A stretch of 60,247 nt of DNA from positions 1 to 60,247 of the IMG/VR virus record IMGVR_UViG_3300030380_004437. One strand, given 5' to 3'. Under the pieces are notes generated by a model. That model saw nothing but the letters and a program-made list of their open reading frames with translations. It was not told the origin of the DNA and did no database searches. Source of the stretch: a virus (Duplodnaviria > Caudoviricetes). Below are positions 19,542 to 26,899 of the stretch, piece by piece. The position numbers and the translations under genes were made by a program. The first letter of the stretch is position 1, and each line of letters opens with the position of its first letter.

Positions 19542-19745
19542 AAGGTACTTAAAATAGCTACTAAGTATAACTTAAACGCTAAAATAGTACTAGGTAATAC
19601 GGCTAAACTAGGCGAGAAAAACTCGGCTAAGTACAAAAGCTGGGTAGGTAAAACGGTTAAAGAAGTTTTTACTACTGGGCAAGGTACGGTTGATATAACC
19701 TATGCTATTAAAGTGGGCGGTATAAAACCTGTCCCTACCGAATAA
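19542..19745 (+). CDS. Small-domain family paralogue 1, no ATG (AAG at the homologous start position, or ATA 19554)
   Basis: KVLKIATKYNLNAKIVLGNTAKLGEKNSAKYKSWVGKTVKEVFTTGQGTVDITYAIKVGGIKPVPTE*; clearly homologous to 20155-20364; in-frame TAA at 19521; AAAGGG RBS, promoter and hairpin retained. Confidence 0.7.
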   Translation, partial: KVLKIATKYNLNAKIVLGNTAKLGEKNSAKYKSWVGKTVKEVFTTGQGTVDITYAIKVGGIKPVPTE

Positions 19746-19760
19746 AACGGTTTTAGTAAC

Positions 19761-19784
19761 GGCTAGGGGGTAAAACCCCTAGCC
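19761..19784 (+). terminator. Hairpin after paralogue 1
   Basis: GGCTAGGGG-GTAAAA-CCCCTAGCC; weak U-tract. Confidence 0.6.
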
Positions 19785-19810
19785 CTATTACTATATAAAG
19801 AACATACGAG

Positions 19811-19929
19811 CATCCGAACAACCATCTTTCTAAGATCTGCTAGCAGATCTGAATTGCGTGGCACATGCTTCATGTATTGGGGGCAGACGTTTTGATCTTT
19901 GTGTGTGTGTCATGCGATCTGATCTGATG
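19811..19929. repeat. SATS-dense block 1
   Basis: 11 GATC/CATG/CATC/GATG tetramers counted, plus (GT)5. Confidence 0.8.
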
Positions 19930-20063
19930 TGTTATCTACTTTGGGTGGGTGGGTGGTGAGGGAGCCGTATTATACCTTACATTTACTTTGGGGTAAAGCT
20001 TTTGATTTACTTATAACTTTTTATTATACCGTATAGCTAGAACTTATATACTTAACTTTCCGC

Positions 20064-20091
20064 TTTACTTTCATATTTATTAGCGTATTAT
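20064..20091 (+). promoter_or_regulatory. Class I promoter (TTTACT-N16-TATTAT)
   Basis: GCTTTACTTTCATATT is identical to the upstream part of the minus-strand promoter at 20915-20943. Confidence 0.75.
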
Positions 20092-20154
20092 ATACCTAAT
20101 GTTTAGTTATTAACCCTTTAAATTAAACATTTCCGACTAATAAAGGGTACTATA

Positions 20155-20364
20155 ATGGTGATTAAAATTAGTACTAAATACGATCTTAACGCTAAAATAG
20201 TTTTAGGTAGTAATATAGGACGCCTTGGTGAAAAAAACTCAGCTAAATACAAAAGCTGGGCTAATAAAACCGTAGCGGAAATATTCAAAACGGGTCAAGG
20301 ATCTGTTGACATTACCTACGCTATTAAGGTAAAAGGTATTCAAGAAGTACCTTCAGCTAAGTAA
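20155..20364 (+). CDS. Small-domain family paralogue 2
   Basis: RBS AAAGGG, own promoter and terminator; homologous to 19542-19745. Confidence 0.8.
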   Translation: MVIKISTKYDLNAKIVLGSNIGRLGEKNSAKYKSWANKTVAEIFKTGQGSVDITYAIKVKGIQEVPSAK

Positions 20365-20375
20365 GGCTGGGAACT

Positions 20376-20407
20376 GAGGGGGTGTAAAGCCCCCTCTCTT
20401 CTTTTTT
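20376..20407 (+). terminator. Intrinsic terminator
   Basis: GAGGGGG-TGTAAAG-CCCCCTC followed by TCTTCTTTTTT. Confidence 0.8.
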
Positions 20408-20419
20408 ACTACCCACGTC

Positions 20420-20576
20420 GATCCGATCGTGGTACGTGGTATTCTCTCTCTCAATGCGATCTGATCTGAAATGGTTATTGTAGTTGTAGTTGTGGTTGTT
20501 GTAATTATATAGGGGGAAGATGTTTTGATCTTGGGGGCACGGATTTTGATTTGACAATCCTTATGCCGATCCGATC
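20420..20576. repeat. SATS-dense block 2 with (TC)n and (TTGTAG)n-like tracts
   Basis: GATC pairs 5 bp apart at 20420/20425, 20458/20463, 20568/20573; lies between two convergent terminators. Confidence 0.75.
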
Positions 20577-20590
20577 TGAAGCAGGTATAT

Positions 20591-20618
20591 AAGAAGAGGG
20601 GCACTCTTCAGCACCCCT
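20591..20618 (-). terminator. Terminator of paralogue 3
   Basis: Minus strand AGGGGTGCT-GAAG-AGTGCCCCT followed by CTTCTT. Confidence 0.6.
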
Positions 20619-20632
20619 AATCTCATTCCCAG

Positions 20633-20866
20633 TTATTTAAAAGTCAGGAATCCACACTTTAGATCATAGACCAAGTCCGCCATTACTACAAGTCTTGGTT
20701 TAAGATCAAGAGCCTCTTGAGGCGTCTTCCCATTAAGTATAGGTTGACGCTCTGCGTTGTGCACAGCTCTTGGCGTTTTACTAGTTGCCACTAGTTCACG
20801 ATCCATATTTTCACGAACATAAGCGTTATTTATAACGATCGGTTTAGTTAAGTTTTTAGTAGTCAC
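20633..20866 (-). CDS. Small-domain family paralogue 3
   Basis: GTG start with AAGGAGG RBS; HNAER...GKTPQEAL...DLVYDLKCGFL. Confidence 0.75.
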   Translation of the reverse strand: MTTKNLTKPIVINNAYVRENMDRELVATSKTPRAVHNAERQPILNGKTPQEALDLKPRLVVMADLVYDLKCGFLTFK

Positions 20867-20914
20867 AATGACCCTCCTTAATTAATAGCTAAAACCATTT
20901 TTAACTATTTATAT

Positions 20915-20943
20915 AGTATAGCTAAGAACAATATGAAAGTAAA
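20915..20943 (-). promoter_or_regulatory. Class I promoter (TTTACT-N17-TATACT)
   Basis: Read directly; upstream of paralogue 3. Confidence 0.8.
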
Positions 20944-20968
20944 GCTAGATGTAAAGTTATTTAACGAA

Positions 20969-21177
20969 GATCACATCGTGTACTACACGTAGATCACAGT
21001 GCCATGGCACATGGTTCATGGGTATGTGTGTGTGTAACCCAGTTCGGATTGTGATGGGGGAAGATGTTTTGACGATGAACTCTGGACCATGGACCTAGAT
21101 CTGATCTGATTTCCGATCGCATGTGGTTCCTGGACCATGGGATTGTGATCGGGTGCCATGATTTGATGATTGTGATC
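20969..21177. repeat. SATS-dense block 3
   Basis: About 19 SATS tetramers, several at 10-11-bp spacing; GATCTGATCTGAT and (TG)n. Confidence 0.8.
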
Positions 21178-21371
21178 CTATTGCCCTATTGACGATTGTC
21201 CATAATTCATGGTTCTTTGTCCTTTCCTCAAGTATTTTGTGCCTTGTGTCAGAGTCCGTGGTTTCCTGGTTTCTTATATAGGGTCTAGAATACCTGTAAA
21301 TCATACTGCAATTATCTTTCCCATGCTTTATCTGCACCATGCACCACGACCCAAACACCACCCATTCTCAC

Positions 21372-21476
21372 CCTATTACCAAGAAACAGCCAATAGGTCG
21401 CTAATAGGGTAGCCAATAGGTCAAGAAAAGCGATGTACATCAGTGCTTCTAGACTCATGCCTATTAGCGTATTAGC
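21372..21476. repeat. GCYAATAGG iteron-like cluster A
   Basis: Direct copies at 21389, 21400, 21412; inverted copies at 21460 and 21469. Confidence 0.65.
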
Positions 21477-21528
21477 AAATCAGAGATATTTTAAGAAAAA
21501 TGTTTTATAAAATTGGTGAGATAATAAT

Positions 21529-21601
21529 AAGAAAGTGGTGTGAGAGAGTATTAACCCTAACTCCCTCACACCGTCACAGACAATTTGGGAGGGTCTGTGA
21601 C
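21529..21601 (-). terminator. Tandem hairpins ending the early minus-strand cluster
   Basis: GTCACAGAC...GTCTGTGAC (21573-21601) and GGTGTGAG...CTCACACC, followed on the minus strand by CTTTCTT. Confidence 0.6.
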
Positions 21602-21614
21602 TAGCTACTAAAAC

Positions 21615-21815
21615 CTATTCATCTTCCCATATTGGCGTGTTGCCACATAATTTAAATACTTCAACAATGGACTTTTGTTCACCAGTCTCACCGTTAGTAA
21701 GTTTCTCAGTCTCGCCACATGGTCGACAGAACTCAATCCAGTCACCACCCAGCACTAACATATTAGTACCTGACGCAGGACGCCTAGTTTCACAAATGCT
21801 ACAATAATTCGCCAT
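21615..21815 (-). CDS. Small CxxC-CxxC protein
   Basis: CSIC...CRPC; GAGGAGG RBS; class II promoter. Confidence 0.7.
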   Translation of the reverse strand: MANYCSICETRRPASGTNMLVLGGDWIEFCRPCGETEKLTNGETGEQKSIVEVFKLCGNTPIWEDE

Positions 21816-21851
21816 AATTTTTTCCTCCTCTTATAACTAATTTATAAATAT

Positions 21852-21880
21852 AGTATAGGTAAGATCCTAAAAGATGCCTA
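21852..21880 (-). promoter_or_regulatory. Class II promoter TAGG-CATC-N6-GATC-N5-TATACT
   Basis: One of 11 copies of a 29-bp motif, each upstream of an RBS and ATG. Confidence 0.85.
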
Positions 21881-21887
21881 TACTTCT

Positions 21888-22157
21888 CTAAGATTCTTGG
21901 CTATCTTCCGCTATAACATCATCCATGATTTCTTCTAGTTCTCCTGGTCCCACTAAACTATAATAATTAGTTTTCGCAATTACCCAAAAACCACCGAAAA
22001 TATCTGACCACTCTTCAGGATAACCCACTTCTTCAGCTTTAGCTTTATTACCAACGAACACAGCACCATATTTATTTTCAAGATGATTAATTAACCATTT
22101 TATAGGTTTAACCTCTTCATCTGTTTTAAAACTATTTAGTACATCAACAATCACCAT
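21888..22157 (-). CDS. Early hypothetical protein
   Basis: AAGGAGG RBS and own promoter. Confidence 0.7.
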   Translation of the reverse strand: MVIVDVLNSFKTDEEVKPIKWLINHLENKYGAVFVGNKAKAEEVGYPEEWSDIFGGFWVIAKTNYYSLVGPGELEEIMDDVIAEDSQES

Positions 22158-22190
22158 AAGTTCCTCCTTCTATAATTAACTTATTAATAA

Positions 22191-22219
22191 AGTATAGGTA
22201 AGATCTTATAAGATCCCTA
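22191..22219 (-). promoter_or_regulatory. Class II promoter (GATC/GATC)
   Basis: TAGGGATCTTATAAGATCTTACCTATACT. Confidence 0.85.
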
Positions 22220-22226
22220 TAGTTCT

Positions 22227-22526
22227 CTAATGATTTTCGTTATTCTCAAGGTAATGAATTTCCGCATCAAATGAGTAAGTCATTAGCTTATAAAGATCTA
22301 AATCCGTAAACTTACCGTTGATCTTAAACATTATATCATTAGCAAAATCACCAGTAGTAGCACCTTCTGCTTGAACGTAAGTATTATGATCACAAACATA
22401 GAAGTAGATGAAATTACCATTACCATTTACCCTAAGTTCATGAGGGATTTGAAATTTAATTTGAAGAGCTTTAGCTAAATGATATTCATTCGGCTGAAGT
22501 TCTATAAATTTAACATCTTCAGTCAT
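22227..22526 (-). CDS. Early hypothetical protein
   Basis: GGAGG RBS and own promoter. Confidence 0.7.
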   Translation of the reverse strand: MTEDVKFIELQPNEYHLAKALQIKFQIPHELRVNGNGNFIYFYVCDHNTYVQAEGATTGDFANDIMFKINGKFTDLDLYKLMTYSFDAEIHYLENNENH

Positions 22527-22561
22527 AAGTTGATCCTCCGTATTAATTAACTTATTAATAA

Positions 22562-22590
22562 AGTATAGCTAGGATCCTAAAGGATGCCTA
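22562..22590 (-). promoter_or_regulatory. Class II promoter (CATC/GATC)
   Basis: TAGGCATCCTTTAGGATCCTAGCTATACT. Confidence 0.85.
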
Positions 22591-22607
22591 TCTTGATGGC
22601 TATATTC

Positions 22608-23006
22608 TTAAGCACCCCATGCCCACTTACTACCCTCAAGAGGAACCTTGAAGTATTCTGTGAGTGCAGACGCACCTAGCGAACCACCGAGGGATAACGC
22701 TAAGTAAAAATGCATGCCACATTTACTATAAGATACCTGTATGATGCTGTATGAGCCACCGTCAGAGACAGGGAAGTAACAACTATCATAGACAGTATGC
22801 CAAGGGGCTAATTGGTCTTTCATGACAAACTTATAATGTTCATCATCATGACCGTCACACTCACCAAAATGGTAGAGTATTTTTTGATCATCATTGAGAT
22901 GATCCAGTATTACATCAAGAATACTTTGAACTCTTGCCTGTTCGGGGTCTGAGTTATCAAAGACGTCTGGATCTAATACGTCTGATTTACTAATAAGATC
23001 TAACAT
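22608..23006 (-). CDS. Early acidic hypothetical protein
   Basis: GGAGG RBS and own promoter. Confidence 0.7.
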   Translation of the reverse strand: MLDLISKSDVLDPDVFDNSDPEQARVQSILDVILDHLNDDQKILYHFGECDGHDDEHYKFVMKDQLAPWHTVYDSCYFPVSDGGSYSIIQVSYSKCGMHFYLALSLGGSLGASALTEYFKVPLEGSKWAWGA

Positions 23007-23035
23007 ATAATCCTCCGTTTTACTTATTAACTACT

Positions 23036-23064
23036 AGTATATAAAGCATCATAAAGGATGCCTA
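23036..23064 (-). promoter_or_regulatory. Class II promoter (CATC/GATG)
   Basis: TAGGCATCCTTTATGATGCTTTATATACT. Confidence 0.85.
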
Positions 23065-23082
23065 TCTTCCCTCGCTATATTC

Positions 23083-23637
23083 TTACTCAGAAGCCCAGTG
23101 AATCAAGTGGTGTTGATCAATATGATCCACTAAGTAATCAAGACCAAACCCATGAGACAAAAAGCTAAACGGACGCACTGTATCAGTGGTGACTATTCCC
23201 CAGCTGTCAGACGCTATAAAACCTGAGTCTTGTTGATAATACTGATGTTCCAGTAATACATAAACAGTATCATCACGAGTTATCTTCCACTCATGTAGAC
23301 ATTCACTAGCCTCTCGATGATACATTCCACTGAATACATCAACGACTTCTTCTGACAACTTTTTACGGTTCTCAGGAGACAGTTCCAGAACTACACGAGC
23401 ACCTGTTTCCTCACCAAAGCTGGCATACGCTAAAGGTATATCACCAGTAAACTCTTCGGGAGTAAACTTGCCACCGAATGGATCCATAAAGTTCACAAGA
23501 TCTTTTGAATCTTGAGCAAACAAATCCTCGGGACTGATCTCATAATAAGTAAGATCATAAAATTGATTATGATTTTCTCTGATAGCTCGCACCACAGGCT
23601 TCACATAATCAACATAGTTTTTTAAATTATTAGTCAT
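23083..23637 (-). CDS. Early hypothetical protein
   Basis: GGAGG RBS and own promoter. Confidence 0.7.
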   Translation of the reverse strand: MTNNLKNYVDYVKPVVRAIRENHNQFYDLTYYEISPEDLFAQDSKDLVNFMDPFGGKFTPEEFTGDIPLAYASFGEETGARVVLELSPENRKKLSEEVVDVFSGMYHREASECLHEWKITRDDTVYVLLEHQYYQQDSGFIASDSWGIVTTDTVRPFSFLSHGFGLDYLVDHIDQHHLIHWASE

Positions 23638-23666
23638 GTTTCCTCCATTAACTAACTTATAACTAA

Positions 23667-23695
23667 AGTATAAGTAAGATGCTAAGCGATCCCTA
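23667..23695 (-). promoter_or_regulatory. Class II promoter (GATC/CATC)
   Basis: TAGGGATCGCTTAGCATCTTACTTATACT. Confidence 0.85.
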
Positions 23696-23713
23696 GCATC
23701 TTCCTTATAATCA

Positions 23714-23941
23714 TTAACCTATTTCGACTTGGTCAAGAGTAAATCTAGGACCGAGTGACTCTTTGATATGTTGTACTAGTGTAGACCAGTTTTTTACGTC
23801 TTCGCTGGTGATAGTAAAGAAGTCTTCTAAACCATTACCTGCTTCATCTTGATAACCGATGCTGACTACATCATCGAGAGCAAATCTCCCGTAACATTCA
23901 ACACCATCGATTTCTTTATAAAAATTATAATTTACATTCAT
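23714..23941 (-). CDS. Early acidic hypothetical protein
   Basis: GGAGG RBS and own promoter. Confidence 0.7.
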   Translation of the reverse strand: MNVNYNFYKEIDGVECYGRFALDDVVSIGYQDEAGNGLEDFFTITSEDVKNWSTLVQHIKESLGPRFTLDQVEIG

Positions 23942-23975
23942 AATTCCTCCGTTGGTAAGTAAATTAATATAATTA

Positions 23976-24004
23976 AGTATAGGTAAGATGCTAAGCGATG
24001 CCTA
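23976..24004 (-). promoter_or_regulatory. Class II promoter (CATC/CATC)
   Basis: TAGGCATCGCTTAGCATCTTACCTATACT. Confidence 0.85.
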
Positions 24005-24031
24005 ACATCTTCCCTATAATGGTTAGTTAAT

Positions 24032-24244
24032 TTATGTTGCTACAAAGTCTTTATCGATGAGATCATCCGTACCTACTCTTCCCCACAGCTCTAGACCTAA
24101 CCTGATGTAAACAGATTCGAGCTTTGCATCGCCGAGAACTTTAGTATAGACTTGCTCTTCAGGTGTTCCTTCTTTGTAGACCAGGAACCTAGTAGCAGGG
24201 TCGATTGACCAACCCTGCTGTTTAAATCGTTCAACCTCTAGCAT
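24032..24244 (-). CDS. Early hypothetical protein
   Basis: Overlaps the upstream gene end. Confidence 0.6.
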   Translation of the reverse strand: MLEVERFKQQGWSIDPATRFLVYKEGTPEEQVYTKVLGDAKLESVYIRLGLELWGRVGTDDLIDKDFVAT

Positions 24245-24455
24245 CTTTCACCTTATTTTCTATGATGTCAATATCATCTAATAGGTCAGACACTCTGTTA
24301 ATACTACTAAGGTCAGACACTGGTAAGTCCCAGCGTTGTACAATAGTCCTAAAATTATCACGAGCATGTAATATGTCGGATATTATTTCTTTTAAATCAG
24401 TACACACTTGTTGCTGTGCATCTTGATTTAAACCTTCTTTAAACTCTTCGTTCAT
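24231..24455 (-). CDS. Early hypothetical protein
   Basis: GGAGG RBS and own promoter. Confidence 0.7.
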   Translation of the reverse strand: MNEEFKEGLNQDAQQQVCTDLKEIISDILHARDNFRTIVQRWDLPVSDLSSINRVSDLLDDIDIIENKVKDARG

Positions 24456-24488
24456 ACTTCCTCCGTTGTACGTTAAGTTAATAATTAA

Positions 24489-24517
24489 AGTATAGTAAAC
24501 ATCATTTTAGATGCCTA
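24489..24517 (-). promoter_or_regulatory. Class II promoter (CATC/GATG)
   Basis: TAGGCATCTAAAATGATGTTTACTATACT; its TAG is the stop codon of the upstream gene. Confidence 0.85.
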
Positions 24518-24859
24518 TACTTCGTCGCTATCTTCTTTTAGGTAAAATTCTACAGTACCGAAGGCACACGTGCCACCGTCATAGACTACTTCCTCACGAG
24601 ACTCAACACATAAGAATTTATACTTATTAGTCTCAAAGATAAGTAGAGTCTTGTTGTCGACACCACCGTGCGGACCGTTATATTCAAACTTACCTAGTTC
24701 ATGAGACATAGTGAGAGTGGCGAGTTCTCGGAGTGCTTCAATGAAACACCCACCGTCCTCGCCATCATAAGCATAAGTTCCGTTATAGCTTAAAGCCGTA
24801 TCACGAGCGAAACATACATCGACATGTTCCTCTAACTGTTCTACATTATCAAACCACAT
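24515..24859 (-). CDS. Early acidic hypothetical protein
   Basis: ORF track; follows the RHH-like gene. Confidence 0.65.
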   Translation of the reverse strand: MWFDNVEQLEEHVDVCFARDTALSYNGTYAYDGEDGGCFIEALRELATLTMSHELGKFEYNGPHGGVDNKTLLIFETNKYKFLCVESREEVVYDGGTCAFGTVEFYLKEDSDEV

Positions 24860-24862
24860 GAC

Positions 24863-25030
24863 TTACCCGTTATTCTCAGTATCAAACCATGCTTTAGTTG
24901 CTGCTCTAATAGCATTCGTTCTACCTATCTTAGCACCTGTTCGTTGGCTAAGCATTTCTGCGATATAGTCTACGTCCTCAGCTAAATCTTCGGGTAGTGC
25001 TACATTTATTCGCTTATCTTGATTATTCAT
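24863..25030 (-). CDS. Ribbon-helix-helix-like DNA-binding protein (55 aa)
   Basis: Not in track. MNNQDKRINVALPEDLAEDVDYIAEMLSQRTGAKIGRTNAIRAATKAWF...; AAGGAG RBS and own promoter. Confidence 0.6.
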   Translation of the reverse strand: MNNQDKRINVALPEDLAEDVDYIAEMLSQRTGAKIGRTNAIRAATKAWFDTENNG

Positions 25031-25056
25031 GATAACTCCTTTATTTAATATAATTA

Positions 25057-25085
25057 AGTATAGTAAGGATCATATACAATCCCTA
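25057..25085 (-). promoter_or_regulatory. Class II promoter (GATT/GATC)
   Basis: TAGGGATTGTATATGATCCTTACTATACT. Confidence 0.8.
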
Positions 25086-25165
25086 TCTTCTTCCTAAATT
25101 TTTTTAAGCTAAATCCAGCCCTTTCGAGCGTAGCAATTTAAAAGGTATAGTTAGGTATTATAAAT

Positions 25166-25199
25166 AAAGAAAGGGCTTAATCGAGCGTTGATTAAGCCC
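25166..25199 (-). terminator. Intrinsic terminator
   Basis: GGGCTTAATC...GATTAAGCCC with minus-strand TTTCTTT tail. Confidence 0.75.
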
Positions 25200-25225
25200 C
25201 ATTCGTACTTGAAGAGTTTAGCTAC

Positions 25226-25627
25226 CTAGTAGCCGTTTAAGAGTCTTTCTAAAGCCATGTCGAATTTAGTAGACATTTTGACTTTATCACCTGTATCTTT
25301 TTCTAACTCACGCACTTCAAAGAGATGTTCGCTTCTTTGACCATCAGTAAGTTTAAGTAGAACAGATTGATATTGCCTATTATTTTCTTCTGACACTTCA
25401 GTGAGTGGGTATAAGTTTACAAGACCATAAGTAAGTTTAGCTAAATCATAACCACTATCTATATAACCCCTTTTGATAAGATGTTCCCGTAAGTTCCTCA
25501 ACTCACTGGCTCTTTCTAAATCTACCTCTGAGTCACGGTGCCAATAATAACTATTAACTTCTTCCGCTACTTTCTGCAAGATACCGTGTACAGCGTTTAT
25601 GTCTGATTGATTATCAAATACTATCAT
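25226..25627 (-). CDS. Early hypothetical protein
   Basis: ATGA coupling to upstream small ORF. Confidence 0.65.
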   Translation of the reverse strand: MIVFDNQSDINAVHGILQKVAEEVNSYYWHRDSEVDLERASELRNLREHLIKRGYIDSGYDLAKLTYGLVNLYPLTEVSEENNRQYQSVLLKLTDGQRSEHLFEVRELEKDTGDKVKMSTKFDMALERLLNGY

Positions 25628-25755
25628 AGCACTTGCCCCAGTTCATGTAGCTCGTTAAGGAGTTTCTTTTGAGCAGTCACTGCTTTTTGTATTTTCTTGA
25701 GGTTTTTACGATTACCTACATGCTCTATATGTTTGATTATAGTTTCTGTTTTCAT
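25624..25755 (-). CDS. Small hypothetical protein (43 aa, MKTETIIKHIEHVG...)
   Basis: GGAG RBS, class II promoter, coupled to next gene. Confidence 0.6.
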   Translation of the reverse strand: MKTETIIKHIEHVGNRKNLKKIQKAVTAQKKLLNELHELGQVL

Positions 25756-25784
25756 ATTATCTCCATAATAAAATTAATATATAA

Positions 25785-25813
25785 AGTATAGTAGGGATCA
25801 CTAACGATCCCTA
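25785..25813 (-). promoter_or_regulatory. Class II promoter (GATC/GATC)
   Basis: TAGGGATCGTTAGTGATCCCTACTATACT. Confidence 0.85.
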
Positions 25814-25822
25814 CCATGATCA

Positions 25823-26026
25823 CTACTTAGTATCTTTCCACGCTATGAATATTTTAAGAGCTTCGCCTTTTGACAAGTCAAAACATTCTCTTAACATCAT
25901 AGGAGCTTGAAACATATTAGAACCACCTGAGTCCATCATGTCGTCCAAAAAGTCGTAGTACTCTTGATTTTGATCAAAGTGATCTTTATCATCAGCTTTG
26001 ATACTTTCATATTTATCTTTACTCAT
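25823..26026 (-). CDS. Small acidic hypothetical protein
   Basis: FLDDMMDSGGSNMFQAP..LRECFDLSKGEA. Confidence 0.65.
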   Translation of the reverse strand: MSKDKYESIKADDKDHFDQNQEYYDFLDDMMDSGGSNMFQAPMMLRECFDLSKGEALKIFIAWKDTK

Positions 26027-26027
26027 A

Positions 26028-26438
26028 TTACCACCATGCCTCCATTACGCAATTATGTTCTGCTGCCACCTCGAACAAAGTTGCTAGGTCTTTGATTTCT
26101 TTAACCCTAAAATCATAAGTGCCTCTACTACTAGGTAAAGACCACTCAAACCTATGGTCATCAGGTAAATCATTTAACCCGTTATCTTCTATATACTCTC
26201 GCAAGAGTAACCCATACACTCGTAACTCATCAGTTTGTATAACTTCGTCTTGATCTAAATGCCAGAAAGCTGGACTTGACGCAGTTAAATGAGCTACGAA
26301 CTCCTCATAGCAACCACCTCTAAACGAGCCATTACCATGACCACTAAACAAACCTCCTACGAGGGTAAGATTATCGAGACGGTCGTCTTTAAATACTTCG
26401 TCACGATTACCTTTCATTACATAACAATCTAAACCCAT
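26028..26438 (-). CDS. MGLD-start hypothetical protein
   Basis: MGLDCY...FRG...WW C-terminus; GGAGG RBS. Confidence 0.7.
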   Translation of the reverse strand: MGLDCYVMKGNRDEVFKDDRLDNLTLVGGLFSGHGNGSFRGGCYEEFVAHLTASSPAFWHLDQDEVIQTDELRVYGLLLREYIEDNGLNDLPDDHRFEWSLPSSRGTYDFRVKEIKDLATLFEVAAEHNCVMEAWW

Positions 26439-26447
26439 GGGTACCTC

Positions 26448-26708
26448 CTACCATTGTTGGCGAACAATCATTGAATGTTCTTTGTTATCTACTATTTTAT
26501 AAGCAAAGATGTCAGTACACTTTTTATCATTGTACACAGCATCCTTTGCACCTTGGTGAGTAAGTGACGACATGTATAAACTCCAAGGTTCATCATCTCT
26601 TGCGTCAATACCCTTATATTGCCTGAAGACCCTAAACCTGAGTACAGTTTCTACATACTCAGTCTCTGGGTCATGTTCAGGGACTTCTATATCATCTATA
26701 TTGATCAT
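26448..26708 (-). CDS. Early hypothetical protein
   Basis: ORF track, tightly packed. Confidence 0.6.
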   Translation of the reverse strand: MINIDDIEVPEHDPETEYVETVLRFRVFRQYKGIDARDDEPWSLYMSSLTHQGAKDAVYNDKKCTDIFAYKIVDNKEHSMIVRQQW

Positions 26709-26709
26709 A

Positions 26710-26838
26710 TTACTTACCTATATATTTGATATCTTTTTTAGGGATCACCTGATAAGCTCCCTTATTATACGCAGGGGCAATAGTGTATTGACTACTGATG
26801 CGCCTACGCTCCTCAGGTGTTAAAGTTTTATTTTTCAT
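26710..26838 (-). CDS. Small protein with TIAPAYNKGAYQVI motif (42 aa)
   Basis: Not in track; GGAG RBS and class II promoter. Confidence 0.6.
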   Translation of the reverse strand: MKNKTLTPEERRRISSQYTIAPAYNKGAYQVIPKKDIKYIGK

Positions 26839-26870
26839 ATATTCTCCGTGTATAAAAAATTAATATATAA

Positions 26871-26899
26871 AGTATATTAATGATCAAGTTTGATGCCTA
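26871..26899 (-). promoter_or_regulatory. Class II promoter (CATC/GATC), inside the 3' end of the upstream gene
   Basis: TAGGCATCAAACTTGATCATTAATATACT. Confidence 0.85.

Noticed and set aside
20353-20604. ORFs 20353-20604 and 20357-20557
   Set aside because: Low-complexity translations of repeats, spanning a terminator and antisense to a supported gene end
21095-21412. ORFs 21095-21361 and 21209-21412
   Set aside because: No RBS or promoter recognised; they overlap the SATS block and iterons; peptides look random
21852-26899. CRISPR array or integron-like cassette repeats
   Set aside because: Repeats are degenerate, separated by whole genes, carry a -10 box at a consistent position before RBSs, and there is no cas operon or integrase; the Cas4-like nuclease is a common phage replication exonuclease
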